A stretch of 61,607 nucleotides of DNA from assembly GCF_000485595.1 (NCBI RefSeq), contig NW_014577069.1, positions 347,755 through 409,361 of the forward strand. Reading direction: 5' to 3'. Position 1 is the stretch's first letter; every line of letters begins with the position of its first letter. A program made the position numbers and the translations under genes. This document shows, piece after piece, positions 13,451 through 26,748 of this stretch. Source of the DNA: Priapulus caudatus (lineage: Eukaryota). Below the pieces are notes generated by a model. It saw only the letters and a program-made list of their open reading frames with translations. It was not told the DNA's origin and searched no databases.

Positions 13451-13639
13451 ATGTTTGAAGAAGGTCGGCGGTTTTTCGATGGGAAAAGTCGCAACATAGC
13501 AGCAGCGCGACAGCACTCACCCGTGAGGCGATCTCGTCTGCTGTTAGTTGAATCGGGACAGAGAGAGGCACGATTGTGTCGCGCGGGACCACCAACGATA
13601 CGTACAGTCTATTTTTCGGAACCTGGAGCCGCGCGCAGA
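13451..13639 (+). CDS. Candidate alternative first exon (63 codons, phase-0 GTAAGT donor)
   Basis: ATG at 13451 is open to AGA|GTAAGT at 13640 in CpG-rich unique sequence. No recognisable homology. Confidence 0.2.
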
Positions 13640-14769
13640 GTAAGTTGAGAACACGCCTTAAAATAACATAACATTTTATTTAAGTAATACGTTCGCGTTT
13701 AACCGTCGAGGGAAGGATACACGCGCGTGTTTGTACGTACGTACGTATGCATGTTTTGGGGGTGTGATGCCAGAGCGTAAATCCTTTAACTGCACTCACA
13801 ATATTGATGCAGACTCGAGAACCCAGCCCGCAGCTGTTTAAGCGTGAAGCTCAACTGGTTGCGTCTGAAGACGGCGGCCGTTGTTGGTGCACCCACTCAC
13901 TGCTGGTCGTGCCTTCGCAGCCATAGCGATTTCTACTTGTTTCACGCATGAAGCAATGCGCAGCTCTGAAAACGTTCCAGTGTTAGCTTAAAGTTTTATC
14001 TAGCGATTATTTCGCTATTAGCTGTAGCGCCGACGCATGATGAAATTTAAGAAGAACGCTTTTCACCCCGTGTTTTAATCTTGTTTTGGCTGAGAAAATG
14101 CTCGGTTATTAGATTTTCTCGTTATTCACGCGAGCGCGCGTTTACTTGGGAGAATGTGCAACTAGCTAATTGTATTTTTGCAAGGATATTAAATGAGTTG
14201 GTGGGGTTTCCTAAGTATTTACTCTGCTTTTGCATTCAGCTGTGCAACCCTAACCATAACCCAACCTTTGTGTGTTCCTGCGTGTGGCAGTTTCTAATGC
14301 AAACCTTATTTTCTCCAGTGCAGGTGTGTGATTTGTTTAGTCAGTGAGCGGTGAGCTAGCTACAGGTAATGTTGTGACCACTAACCTGCCTTGTAACCTG
14401 TTGCATACTTAAATCAAGGGGTGTGGTGGTTGAACTTTTAAAACTTCTTCCTGGCAATTCTGTAGTGTAAAGAACGGGCGGTTTGTCCCCACACCGCACT
14501 GTCTCTGAATATTAGGCCAATCGGGGGGGGGGGGGTTATAATCCTGCAGTCATAAACTCTTTGAGATTTCATTGTGAGAAGGTGCCGTTGTGGATTTTTA
14601 TTGGAGGACTGTCCTAGTTGTCTGTGTACAGTGTAGCGTGTGGGATAGGAGTTGGTTGTGTGACCAGCATCAGCATGTAGGTGTGCGGGCGGGGGGGGGA
14701 CTGGCCCGAGGGGGGGGGGACTGCCCAGCGCGAATGTCGCAGCGCACGGCAGAACAAAGCCGTGGATAT

Positions 14770-17700
14770 AATTATCACCCAGTAATCAGATGAGGCAGCC
14801 ATGTATGCGCACTAATTGACAGAAGGGTGTTAGAGTTGTAGGTAAAGTGACGAGACAAGCAGGGAATCGCTGCTGTGACCGTGCCCCCGTGATTGTGAAT
14901 GGCCTTCGTCGGCAGGAGTAATTAAACTTCTACCGACTGCCCTGCTGCTTGAGATTGCCGTACAATAACCGCATAGTTTCGTTAGGCTGCGAAATCTCTG
15001 TCAGGATAGTTTAAGGTCAATATATAGACTGTCTCTGTTGAGACAGTGCGTGGTGTTGCTGCCTCTGTTGAGACAATGTGTGGTGTTGCTGCCTCTGTTG
15101 AGACAATGTGTGGTGTTGTATAGACTGCATATGCTGAGACAGTATGTAATTTTACGAGTTGAAGTACTTCGATACTAGTGTGCTGCTGCCTGGGTGCTGT
15201 GGTTGTGTCGTGTGTGCGTGTGCGTGCTGCGTGCTGCAGTGTGCGTGTGGCGTGTGCGTTGCGCGGTGCGCGTGCGCGCTGCGCGTTGCGTGTTGTGATG
15301 TAATGTGTGTGTGGGTGTGTGCCAACGGAGAGTGCGTGCGTGCGTGCGTGCGTGCGCTGCGCTGGTACGTGTTATATTTGCTCCATTTAATGATACACAG
15401 CACTTCATACACAGACGTGATACAGCAGACTGCGTTCTGCCTTTTGAGCGGGGGAGTGTTTTGGCGCCATTGCTGCCGCGGCTGTGAAGCCCATCCTGTA
15501 CGACCGTAACTCCGCCAGGAAAACAGGAGCGATATCTCTCACTTGTCATCCCGGATAAAATAGCAAAAATCGCATTTGAGAAAGCCTTACTTCGTCATCG
15601 TCATCGCGTAATGCGGAAAGCATATACCCGTTGCTGTACACGCCTCCGGCATTTCTGCCTCCTCTACGCTCACCGTAACAGTTCAGCAATGGTGGTGTGG
15701 TGCGCTTATAAATAGAAGAATGAGGAACCCGTCATATTTGTTATTATTTATCAGCTTTGTGCTTTGACATTTTAGCCCTCACTTAGACATTCGCTCAGAT
15801 GAAGCTATTGCTATGCGTCGTCGGTGCCGTCTGTACGTCCGTCCGTCCGTCCGTCCGTCCGTCCAACATTCTGGCTCGGTCATACGATTAACTCCAGAAC
15901 CGTTTGACCCAACATGCTTGAAATCGGGTATATTAGGCTTACTGCTATTTGCATCCCATATTGAACGTCACTATTGTGAGCACGCCAGTCGCACGTATTT
16001 CGCAGCCACGGCAATGTCTTTTGGCAAAAAGGGCGAATTGCCATTAGGTCAGTTTCAGGCGTTCAACGGATTTTGCCTCGTTTTTGTTATCGTGAATAAT
16101 AACGGCCTACGCGTTTTCAATATTTAAAAAAATTATAAAAATTAGGTTAGTGCTTTGGAATATATAGGCACATTATATAGAACACGCCCCAGATAAACAA
16201 ACACGTCTGTCGGCTCGTCACAACTCGTCTGGTTCGTTTTACGTGCAAGATTTCATTGACAATATTCTTTAATGCAAAAATTGGCTATTCTCCACCCTGA
16301 CGATAAAACTCATATTAGAGTAAAGCTTTTACACACAAAACATGATGTCGAACGCAGCATAATATATTTATTTCGAAACGCCATCGCTAAGAAACATCAA
16401 AGCGTATAGCGCCATCTACCGTCACAAATTGCTGATCATTATGGCTTGATAAATTATTATATGCGATATACAGCATGCTAACCGTGCCTATGCCGCCCTA
16501 GAAACATCACACGAAGTAAACACTTTTCATGCAACAATTAACCATGAGGAAACACCATCTGTCACGTGGTATATAGCAGCTACATGCGAATCAGCGTATC
16601 CTCTCAATCTTACACGTTCCACATATCCGAAAGCTCCGCTTTAGCAGTGCCTAAATCTGAATATCTATAAAAACGTAAATTCGCGCATCATTTAGGTGAA
16701 CCGCCATCACCGCCCAGCATCTCAGACTTTCACATTTTCGAACATTTATTTCACATAAAAAAATACACATAATTATCAAAGAGTATATAATGGCGCAGTT
16801 CTCCACATATATACTCTTCCGTGTCTATTAATGTACGTCATGATTGCCCTCAATTAAAACTTTTCTCGCTCACTCATTTGTAGTCCTTTTTTGGGTGAGC
16901 TACAGTTGCTCATTGACACGTCATTTGTATTAACTTTATAATGTAACCATCTTCTAAAAAGTTAGCGTTGTAAAACACTCGTTACAATTTTACTGCTGTT
17001 CAACAAGATTTTACATTAATAAACTGGCATCTGCAGGCAGAAAGAGACTAAAGTATACCTAGATTGATATTACTAACGCGGCCAAAACTATGCTGCATCA
17101 GTGACGCAAGTGTGCTCATCAGGCTCGCCGCGCCATGCTCTCGCTGCGCATGAATGTTGGTACGCGTCGCCGCTGTTTCTTTCAGCGTCATTGTTTTTTT
17201 AAACTAAATCGTTAGCTGTGCAAATATTCTGGCTTGCCCGATAGTATTAGCTGTCGTGCCGTTTGTTTGACACACCAGAGTCAGGACTCCTGCTGTATGC
17301 CTCTGCTAATTAAACAACCCTCTGAGAAACAGACCAAGAGCGCTAAGATCTCCCCATTCACTCTGCCATAATTCTATTTGTACTGCTACGCGTAGATGAG
17401 ATACACTGCGACTTTTGTTGTGTGTGTGTGTGTACGTGTGCTTTGTGTGTGCTGTCTGTGTGTTGTGTTTGTGTGTGGTTTGGTTGTCTTGTGTGTGTGT
17501 TCGCTGCGTGCCGTGCGCGCCGTGCGTGCCGTGCGTGCGTGCGTGCCGTGCGGGTGCGTGCGCGCCGCGCGGCACTCTTGTGGATCTGGCGTGTGCGCCA
17601 CCCGTCGTGTGTGTGCGCGTGCGTGTGTCTGCGCGGTCCGTGCGCGCTTGTGGCTGTGTGTGTCGTCGCGCGCGCTTGTCTGTGGGTGTGTGCGACCCTT

Positions 17701-18845
17701 ATTGCGTTTTTAATCCATCTTAGCCATCTTAATTGGCCTGTAAGTTGTTACTTACGTTTGCCCAGCACTGGATGTGCCGGCCACATGCTGTCAGCGCTGT
17801 CTTTGCGTAGGAAACCATCTAATAAGCCTTCCCTCCAAGTGTCTGTGTTTATGCCGCTTCTGGACACCAGTCTTTGGCCTTCTTACTCTTGACCGCATCG
17901 TGGCGTGCGTGTTGCGAGGCCTGATTGCCCAAGAAATTCGCTATTTTCTCTGCGCTAGCGAAATGATTTTCCCCCAATGCAACCTAATAAATTTTTTCAC
18001 ACACTCATTACATATGGTGCTGCATTGGAGTTAATTATTCGCCTCACCATGGGTGTCGTTGATAGCAAGCATCAATCAAAATATCCCCCGATTATTCTTC
18101 GTCTTAGAACACGTACTATCAATAGCAACGAATTTAACAGCTTTGCAATCCAGTGCGAAAGCCGTACCGGCCGCGCAATCTCGTAGCCAATATCTGCTAA
18201 ACATCGGTTCTCACCCCCTGGCTTGTCGGAGGAAATAATGGCGCGCTCCAGTCGGTATTGATTGTCAGGCAGACTTGCGCGAGGAGCAGGGCTTGGACGT
18301 CTCAGCAGCGATGCGACCATGATACCTCCCTACATCTGCATCTAGTTGCGCAATGGGAGCAGCGTCTGCCTACACGTGTACAGCGTGTCTGTGCAAATCG
18401 CAGCGCTGCCTGAATGTTCCCCCCGGCAGGGCGAAGGCTGCAAGCACGCCGAGCGCCAGCCTGGCTTTGAGGCTTCTTCCCGGTGTCATTAAAATTTCCT
18501 CATGCCTGTAATCCTTGGCGGACGAACAACATGCATGTTACAGTTGCGTGAACGAGGTGGCCCAGTCGCCAGAACAGGGCGAAAAAATTGATAATAAAGA
18601 AATTCCGCTTGTTTGTGGATCCGATTTCTATGTGCTTGTCGACGTGAATATGCCTATGGCTGCAGTTGCTAGCTGCGCCCAATAGGTGCTTGTTGAGTCT
18701 TACCATCTGCTGATTTGTGGCTACCCATAAGTTAGCTAGTTCAAGTAAAAATCCATTATCCAAGATCGTATAATAGGAGCCTAATGAAAACTTTTGAATT
18801 CACACCTCAGTATTAATAAGTATATTACTTATATAAATGTATTCG
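14770..18845 (+). repeat. Duplicated blocks A and C, copy 2
   Basis: 14770-17605 matches 2850-5749 and 17610-18845 matches 9540-10718. Confidence 0.92.
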
Positions 18846-18989
18846 CTGCCTGGGTGTGTGTTGTGTGCTGTGTGTGTCGTGTGTTGTGTGTGTGTGTGTG
18901 TGTGTGTGTGGGGCTGCTGTGCGGCTTGCGTGCGTGCCGTGCGCGCCGTGCGTGCGTGTTATTATGTCCAGGATACGAGATTACACATC

Positions 18990-19364
18990 CAAGGGTAGAA
19001 ATTAACTTTTGAACAATGGAGTCCAACTCCCTGCCCCCAAAAAGAGCGGCAGTCCGCCGGCAAAATGAGGCGAGATCCCGCAGTGTCTGAAGTTCAAACT
19101 AAAGATACATTAACAATAACGAATGCTGCTTATGTTGCAAGCATTTATTGCGTTGCATCGTCTGCCCAAATTTTCTTTGGACATTGCTGAAAAAAATACG
19201 CTAATTTCGCCCGTGGGGACATAATAAGTGAGCGTCGTGTCCTAGAACGAACTAGTTAGTATAGCAGCGCTTTTCAGGCGCAGTCACAAGGACTGTGTCA
19301 AATCAGGGCATCCTACCAGAATCAAAGTATTTGAACTCCGGACTCGCGTTAATTTCGCACCCTG
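18990..19364 (+). mobile_element. hAT-like MITE with a 6-bp TSD (CACATC), copy 1
   Basis: Imperfect TIRs CAAGGGTAGAAATTAAC / GTTAATTTCGCACCCTG. CACATC at 18984-18989 and 19365-19370. Homologous to 50742-51142. Confidence 0.8.
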
Positions 19365-19699
19365 CACATCTATGGCTTGCTCGTGTGCAAAGCTGGGGGA
19401 TCAGGGCCGACTTTCATTATTGCAGTCACCGCGGTGTCAACTGTCATCTAGACATGCCAAGTTATGAATAGATTTTGAAGAAAGCGAGATCGAAGCAGGA
19501 TAAACAGATGTCGAGCCGAGGAAAGGGGAAGCAGGTGATACGAGAAAACGTAACAGGTAGCTAAAATCGGAGAGGAATCCGAAAGGAGGTGATGCGATAG
19601 CAAATGATTGGGAGATCGAGATAGGATGGACGCATGACAAGGATAAATAGCCACGTAATTAAGTTAAGCACTGGCGTATTAGATTAAATGCCCTGCGAC

Positions 19700-20815
19700 A
19701 GGCTGGAGACTAACCAGGAGATGCGTGTCTAAATGAGTAGTGTTTGCAATAAATCACGAATACCCGTAATACGAATGCTTTCACCTATGATGGGGGGGGG
19801 GGTCCCCACCCGTGGCGCCATCTGCACGAGTAAATGCTAAACTATTCCGACTATAATGTAACTATAACGTAAGAATCTATTTGTCAGGATGCATGTGTGT
19901 TCAGTCACGCCGGCACGATCGTAGATTCCCCTCCACAAAAATAACTTGCTACTATAGAACATAAACATATATCTCTGCGTTTACTTATATTACGAGTGCG
20001 AGTCGTTCATATAATATATTCGCGTCTGCTTGACCAATTTTTATTGGCATGGCATTTCATTAAATATGATCGTCGCCCGCACAACCCACACCTTTGTTGT
20101 CTGGCCGCGGTCTGCGCGCCTATTTGCTGGACTAATCTAGAAGCAGTTGCGCCCCGGTGTGATCAGCGATTTATGAGCCGCTGCTGTGTGCGCCAACCTG
20201 CCCGTGTCTGGCGTGTCTTACGAGAGGATACGTGAGCAAATTTGTATAGCAACGTGAGTATTTGTAAATTAGGCTGGAGACTAACCAGGAGATGCGTGTC
20301 TAAATGAGTAGTGTTTGCAATAAATCACGAATACCTGTAATTACGAATGCTTTCACCTATGATGGGGGCCCTGCACCCGTGGCGACATCTGCACGCGTAC
20401 ATGCTAACTATTACGACTATAATGTAACTATAACGTAAATCTATTTGTCAGGGGATGCATGTGTGTGTCAGTCACGCGGTCACGATCGTAGATCCCCCTC
20501 CACAAATAACTTGCTACTATAAACATAAACATATATCGTCTGCTTTTACTTATTACCGAGTGCAATGTCTATAGATTCGCGTCTGCTTGACCAATTTTAT
20601 GGCAGTTGGCATTTCATTAAATATGATCTCGCGCGACGAACCCAGACCTTTGTGTCTGGGCCGTGTCTGCGCGCCGTATTTGCTGGACTAATCTAGAAGA
20701 GTTGGCCCCGGTGTGTGATCAGGATTGTATGAAGCCGGTGCTTTGTGCGCCAACTGCCCCGTGTCTGGCGTCTCTTACGAGAGGATACGTGAGCAAATTT
20801 GTATATTAACGTGAT
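19700..20815 (+). repeat. ~570-bp direct tandem duplication
   Basis: AGGCTGGAGACTAACCAGGAGATGCG at 19700 and 20271. Units are colinear with many small indels. Confidence 0.9.
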
Positions 20816-22084
20816 ATTAATGGTAGCAAACACTGGGAGCTGCAGTCGTTCTCACGTCTGCTGCTGCGGCGGGGGCGTAGGTGCTGCCGCCTGGTTCCGG
20901 CCAAGGTAAACACTGCGAAAACAAACACGCGCGTTAATTGCCTTGCGGTCTCTATAATGCGATTGTTTTCCGAAATGCCGCGCGCGGCAAAGACGATGCG
21001 CGGTATTCGATACTTGGTCTCTCCGCGGGCTGGCCGCGTCGCGTTACGTACGTTCTATAACTGGCGCCAGCTTCCCTAAAGGATCACCCGTCGCGTCCTG
21101 TCTGGCCCGGAAGTCCGTGGAAATTAGCGCTCGTCGGCAAACGTCGGCAAACGTCGGCGTAATGATCGCTGTCGGCGCGCGATCGCGTTGTCCGTCTCGC
21201 GCGTCGGCGACGGCACTTTGTCTCCGCTCGTCGCCGTGTCTCGCGCGACGGCGGCAGTGTCGCCCGTACGGCTATCAATATCGAGGGTTAATGTGACAGG
21301 ACGAGTGCGCGATGAGGGCGCGGTGACACTCCGTCCTGCTCCCTGCCGCCGCTGCTGCTGCCGCCCGCTGAACTCTTCGACGGAGAAAGGAAATTAATGA
21401 TTTGCCGCACCAGTGAAATACAGATAATAGATGGGGTTGGAGTAGATAGATAGGGCAGAGTGTCTGTGTAGAGGCAGGGTCGAGAGGTTACCGTGTGCGG
21501 ACGTGACGGGGGACAGCGGTTGTGAAGCTGTGGCGTTATTAGAATCTCTACTTCGAAAAGGTAAGGATAATATTGGTGCGGTAAAGCGTCGGTGTGCTAG
21601 GCCACGATGTTGCCCTCCTCACCTCTTCACCTCGCACCGCACGGTGACTACCGCGTGCTCTTATACAACTGTCGAATTGGCGGTGCTGTTTTCTTTGCCC
21701 GTGGTCGAATCGAACGCGAAATCCTATGAGACGCATATAGTTGGCTTCGATTATTTATTTGCGTACGTCGCTTCGCAAATCTAAGCGAGATGTTTGCGTA
21801 GTGAAGGGGCGTCTATTTGTAGGTCTCTCGCCCCCTCCCCATACACACACAGCGTCATACGTACGTGGTCAATCTCGGCTGTAGTTGACATTTCGTTCTG
21901 GGGCCTTTTTGTAATCTGACGTGCTGTTTATTCGATCCCCGTGAGTCAACAGCGTTCTAAATCTGCTCGCCGATCGCGTGCTTTCCAGTCGACTGCGAGG
22001 CAAATCTGTGACAGCTATCGGAAATAAGCGAAATGCAGAATTTCCTCGTGTGTTGTTTGCGCTATGCCCACCTCTCGGCCTCTA

Positions 22085-22215
22085 TCTCGCTCTCTCTGAC
22101 TCACTCTCTCCCCCTCTCTCTTTCTTTCTTTCTCTCTATATCTATCTCTCTGACTCTAAGTTCTTTCTTTTTCTTCCTCTTTTTCTCTCTCTCTCTCTCT
22201 TTCTTTCTCTCTCTT

Positions 22216-22249
<34 letters not shown>

Positions 22250-22335
22250 CCACACTCTCCCCTCTCTTTATCACTTACTCTTTTTCTTCCTCTCTATTTC
22301 GTTATCTCTGCTTTTCTTCATCTTTCTTCCTCTCG
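22085..22335. repeat. (CT)n-rich microsatellite
   Basis: Direct reading of the sequence. Confidence 0.9.
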
Positions 22336-23373
22336 CCTACGTACCCACGTTGGTTGGTACTCGCACATAGTTGATCTACGTTCTGCTAGCTATCACATAT
22401 TTATCTGCTGCCAATAAGAGGAATTGGTTCAAATTAGTTGTCAAAGTTGGGCACGCACCGTAATAAAATCCGTTGTAGTGCGAACCTATCGTTAGATAAA
22501 CCGTGTGTGTGTGTATGCAGCCATGATTCGCGCAAGAAGAATAAAAATGAGCAATGACACGATAATAATGATGCGCACTGAGACGAAGAAGGCCATAAAA
22601 ATTGGAACATTATATATTATTATTATAATATATATATATATAGATTATAAGATATATATAATATATATATATTATATATATATATATATATAATAATAAT
22701 CATTATTATTGGAACATATAAAATTGGAAGAAGAGCCGTCCAAGTAATTACTGTTTTTTACACTACCGTTGCGTTACGCAGATTGCTCACTGAATTTCCC
22801 CGTAGCTCTGCCCACAGACACAGCGCATATATACAGCTTCATTTCCATAGACCATCCATATTCATTCGTAAAAGAAGATACTACTCCATTATTAAAGTAG
22901 TAAAAGTGAGTACAAAAAGCAAAGTTCTATTGGCTTACTATTGATTTCGCTCGCAAGCCTGTGTCCTCCAAGTTGTTCAGTTTTGCGGGATAGATCACGC
23001 GCTTGTGCGGATTTTCGCGGCTTTTCTCTCGTGAGTGTCGTTTAGCCTCCTTTTACGTTTGCCGTTTCGCGTAACGCCGACGGCTTACGCTATCACCTTC
23101 CACATTGCGTTTGTCGGCGTCTGTGTGCGGGAGAAATTGGGCACGGGCGATTGAAAGCGGGGACTCGATTTGTGCGGGGGCGCCGGCGTGAAGAATGAAT
23201 ACATTCTTCCCGTACCGGTCTCGCTCAATATACGCAAATATTACTCTCACTTTCTGCGCTATTCAGTGCATTGTTGAGCCCAGCCGCGCCGTGGAGCCGC
23301 GGCATGATCCGGCATTGTCGTGGTTGTCGGTCAGTTAGAGACCGCGTGTGTTGGTTTTTATCGACTGTCTGCG

Positions 23374-23439
<66 letters not shown>

Positions 23440-24145
23440 CGTATAGTTATTGACAAGCTGTCGGTGCCGCGGCTCGGTGCCGGATGCCTCCGCCCGACGT
23501 ACCGTGCGCCAGGGGAAACAGCGCCGCCATTGTCTTTCTGTTTATGTCTTGTCGCTCCGGCAGGTGTTCGTGACAGTGTTTCACCACTGTCGCCATTCTG
23601 CTCGTCGGGCGCGCAGGGTTCAAGGGGACGGCTACCACATCGAACTGTGCGTCTTATTTGTTCGTTACGTGTGTTGTTGATATAGGAGCAACACCGCGGT
23701 AGATTCGCGCGCTAAGATACGCGTGTAGATTCACGCATCACTCGTCCATGGCTGTGGGTTGTCTGATTGTACCACATGCGAATGGATGTGATGCTAGGGT
23801 TGCGGGCGTGGGTGGGGTGGGTTAATGTAAAGCAGTATTTGTCATAGTGGACACACAACCGATGTCGCTGTTAAGCTACAAGGGGCCATAAATGAGCAAA
23901 TGTGGTCTAGAACAGTGGCTGCGTAAATAGGGTCAGCGGGGAGGCGGGATACGGAGCGGTCAGGCTGTGCCTGTGTCGCCCCACCCTCCTGGCTCCACGA
24001 CGCTTTGGGGAATTGCCTGGAAACCGGCAATCAGCATACAATGTGCGTTTCGTGGGGGTCGACTTCCTTCAGGTGTTAGCCCGTGTGTGTTCGTGTTCGG
24101 TATATAATGATGTCTAACGCGGCATCGTGTGTCGTACCGCCTCTG

Positions 24146-24176
24146 TGTATGTATGTATGTATGTATGTATGTATGT

Positions 24177-24232
<56 letters not shown>

Positions 24233-24260
24233 ATGTATGTATGTGTGTATGTGTGTGTAT
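24146..24260. repeat. Compound (GTAT)n(GT)n(GTAT)n microsatellite
   Basis: Direct reading of the sequence. Confidence 0.9.
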
Positions 24261-25339
24261 ATCGCCTCTGGCTTTGGGCCCAACGATTATCCAGCGTGCG
24301 TTGTTAGTTATACGCTCGTCTAGACTGCGCGTGTAGCCAGCGGTCACCTACCAAACAAATGTATGCGCTACGAAACAAATCGAGCATTGTGGAAATAAAC
24401 GTCTAGCCATGGGCGGATGTACCGTGTTACATGGCAAATTATCTCGGTCTCCTTTGTCAGCGCTGGCGGATCCGGAAAGAAGGACCGTGGTAACAGCGTA
24501 CGCGTATGCAGCATCTCCGCGGGCGCCATCTATAAACAGATGTGCAGTCAGGAGATGGTCGCGAGTTCCCCCCGTGCTCTCTTGTCGTAAGGATTAGCAG
24601 TATTATTTGTGTCTCGTGCGTGCGTGTGTACGTGCGTTTCGTGCGGCTCGTGCGTGCGCGTGTGTATGCCTCTGCATGCGTGAGTGCGTGCGTGCGTGTG
24701 TGCGTCTCGTGCGCGTGTGTGTGCTTCGTTGCTGCGTGCGCGCGTATGTGCGTGCGTGTTTACAGGCGTGCACGCGCGCGTTTGGATTGTAATATAATAA
24801 TGACAACATCATTTAATTCAGAATAGTTTAGTTCTAATTCACATTAGCGATGACTTCATTTGAGAAGGCGGGACGGGGAGTGTATTTGGGAAGGAGTGGC
24901 AGGGAGTGAGTTTGTGAGGGCGGGTTAGGGAGGCAGTTTGGGAGGGCGGGGCAGGGCTGTAAGGGGGCGGGAGACCATTAAATAAGCGCGGTGGCTATTC
25001 GTGCCCACTCCCTTTTTTGTTACGAGACGATCCGCATAATATGTAAATGAACATTGGCCAAGTCGCATCAACGCCAGGAGCCCTACGTGTGGTCGTTGTG
25101 CAAGCTATAGCGGCAACAGTCGGCGTCTGGTCGCATCGTGGTGCGCGCGCAGCACATGTGCTGTGCAGTTGGCAACGAGGAGGCCAGAGTGTGGTAGTGA
25201 TCATCGTCTGCCCGAGGTGTCATTACAGCGCGCGCGCGCGACGTGTGACCAGGCGATTGCTCCAGCTGCGAACAAGTCCGTACACATGATCAGCAGGAGT
25301 AGATTAATCTACTGTTGACATCGCGGTAAGCTGCGTGCT

Positions 25340-26181
25340 GATTCTTAGATCTCTTAGATCTTAGAATCTTATATTCTAGATGTAGATGGTAGATTCTAGA
25401 TACTAGTTTCTTGATTTTAGAATCTTAGATTCTTAGATCTTTTAGATCACTTAGTGATATGTGCGGGATGATTTTTGCTAAGGAGTAGTCGCAGGAGCGA
25501 CTGAGGGAGGGAGAGAGAGGAGGGGAGGGTGAGAGAAGGAAGGAGGGGAGGGAGGGAGAGAGAGAGGAGGGGAGNNNNNNNNNNNNNNNNNNNNNNNNGG
25601 TGGGAGGGAGGGAGAGAGGGGAGGGTGGGAGGGAGGGAGAGCAGGGGAGGGTAAGGGAGGGAGGAGTGATGGATGGTGTGTGATAATCTAGCCTTCACAC
25701 CCACGATCTCTGCTTTCTTGATGGCCTTCGGGATCTTTGTGGTGATTGTGAAACCTTGAGACGGTAACACGAGTTTGCTAAGGATTCGTCGCAGGAGCGA
25801 CTGAGGGAGGGGAGGGTAAGAGCGGGAGGGAGGGAGAGAGAGAGGAGGGTTGGGAGGGAGGGAGAGCAGGGGAGGGTAAGGGAGGGAGGAGTGATGGATG
25901 GTAGCGTGATAATCTAGTTTTACACCCACGATCTCTGCTTTCTAAATGGCGGGATCTTTGTGGCGATTATGAAACCTTGAGACGGTAGCACGAGAGGCTA
26001 ACTTCTTTCTAAACGGGCAGACCTGTTGAATGTACGTGTCAGCACTATAGCCAAGCAGCGCGGTTTCAGAATACTTGACCTCAATAACCATCACCCGCCC
26101 ACACTCGCGCCGAAAATATATCGCAGTTCCTTCGGCTGTATTTTCCTTGGCGTAATACGTATTTCCTAGTGCGATCCGCAT
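25340..26181 (-). mobile_element. Possible degenerate 3' fragment of a non-LTR retrotransposon or other PD-(D/E)xK nuclease remnant
   Basis: Minus-strand ORF 25942..26181 contains RVMVIEVKYS (hhhExK). It is followed by a ~220-bp tandem duplication (25474/25774) and a degenerate (TCTAAGA)n tail-like tract at 25340-25448. No PD motif, RT or zinc knuckle seen. Confidence 0.25.
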
Positions 26182-26691
26182 TTTGCATTCACGTCGAGTA
26201 ACGAGCGGCGCCGTATACGACTATACTATACGTGTTATTAGCCCGATTGAGTTTCGCCTCGGCACCACACGTGTACCGCTTATAAATGGCTCTTGTTTAT
26301 TAGCTCGAAGACCTCAATTTCGTCGTCTTCACGTCATTATAATAGGGAGTGTGGTTGGTGGGTGTGCACATAGCATGCGTAGAATTCGAATTCTTCATCA
26401 TTCATCGGATCGGTCTAGTGAGATGTGCCTGTGATTTAATCTGCACCTGCTTGTCTCTCTCTCTCTCTTCATTGACTATCTTCACCCGGCAGTATTCGCT
26501 CTTTCTTCTTATTTTCTCCATTCTTATTCTTCCATTTATTTTTCGTTTAATTTTCGTCGCACTTTTCTTTTTCGTTGTCGCACTAATTTTCTTTCTTATT
26601 GCACTTCTCCTCTTTCTCATTTTTCTTCGCCGGGATTTTCTTCCTCTGCATCGGATTCTTCTCCCTTTCGTTGTTCCACTTCGTCATCTCT

Positions 26692-26748
26692 GACGCCGAT
26701 TATGATAATGAGGAGAAAGCCTTTCTCCTCATTCTCATAATCGGCGTC
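26692..26748. repeat. 57-bp near-perfect palindrome
   Basis: 28-bp arms GACGCCGATTATGATAATGAGGAGAAAG / CTTTCTCCTCATTCTCATAATCGGCGTC with one mismatch and a 1-nt loop. Confidence 0.9.

Noticed and set aside
23450..23680. QVF...VQGDG peptide as the missing upstream exon
   Set aside because: Motif spacing is wrong and there is no suitable phase-0 donor; 32794-33006 fits better.
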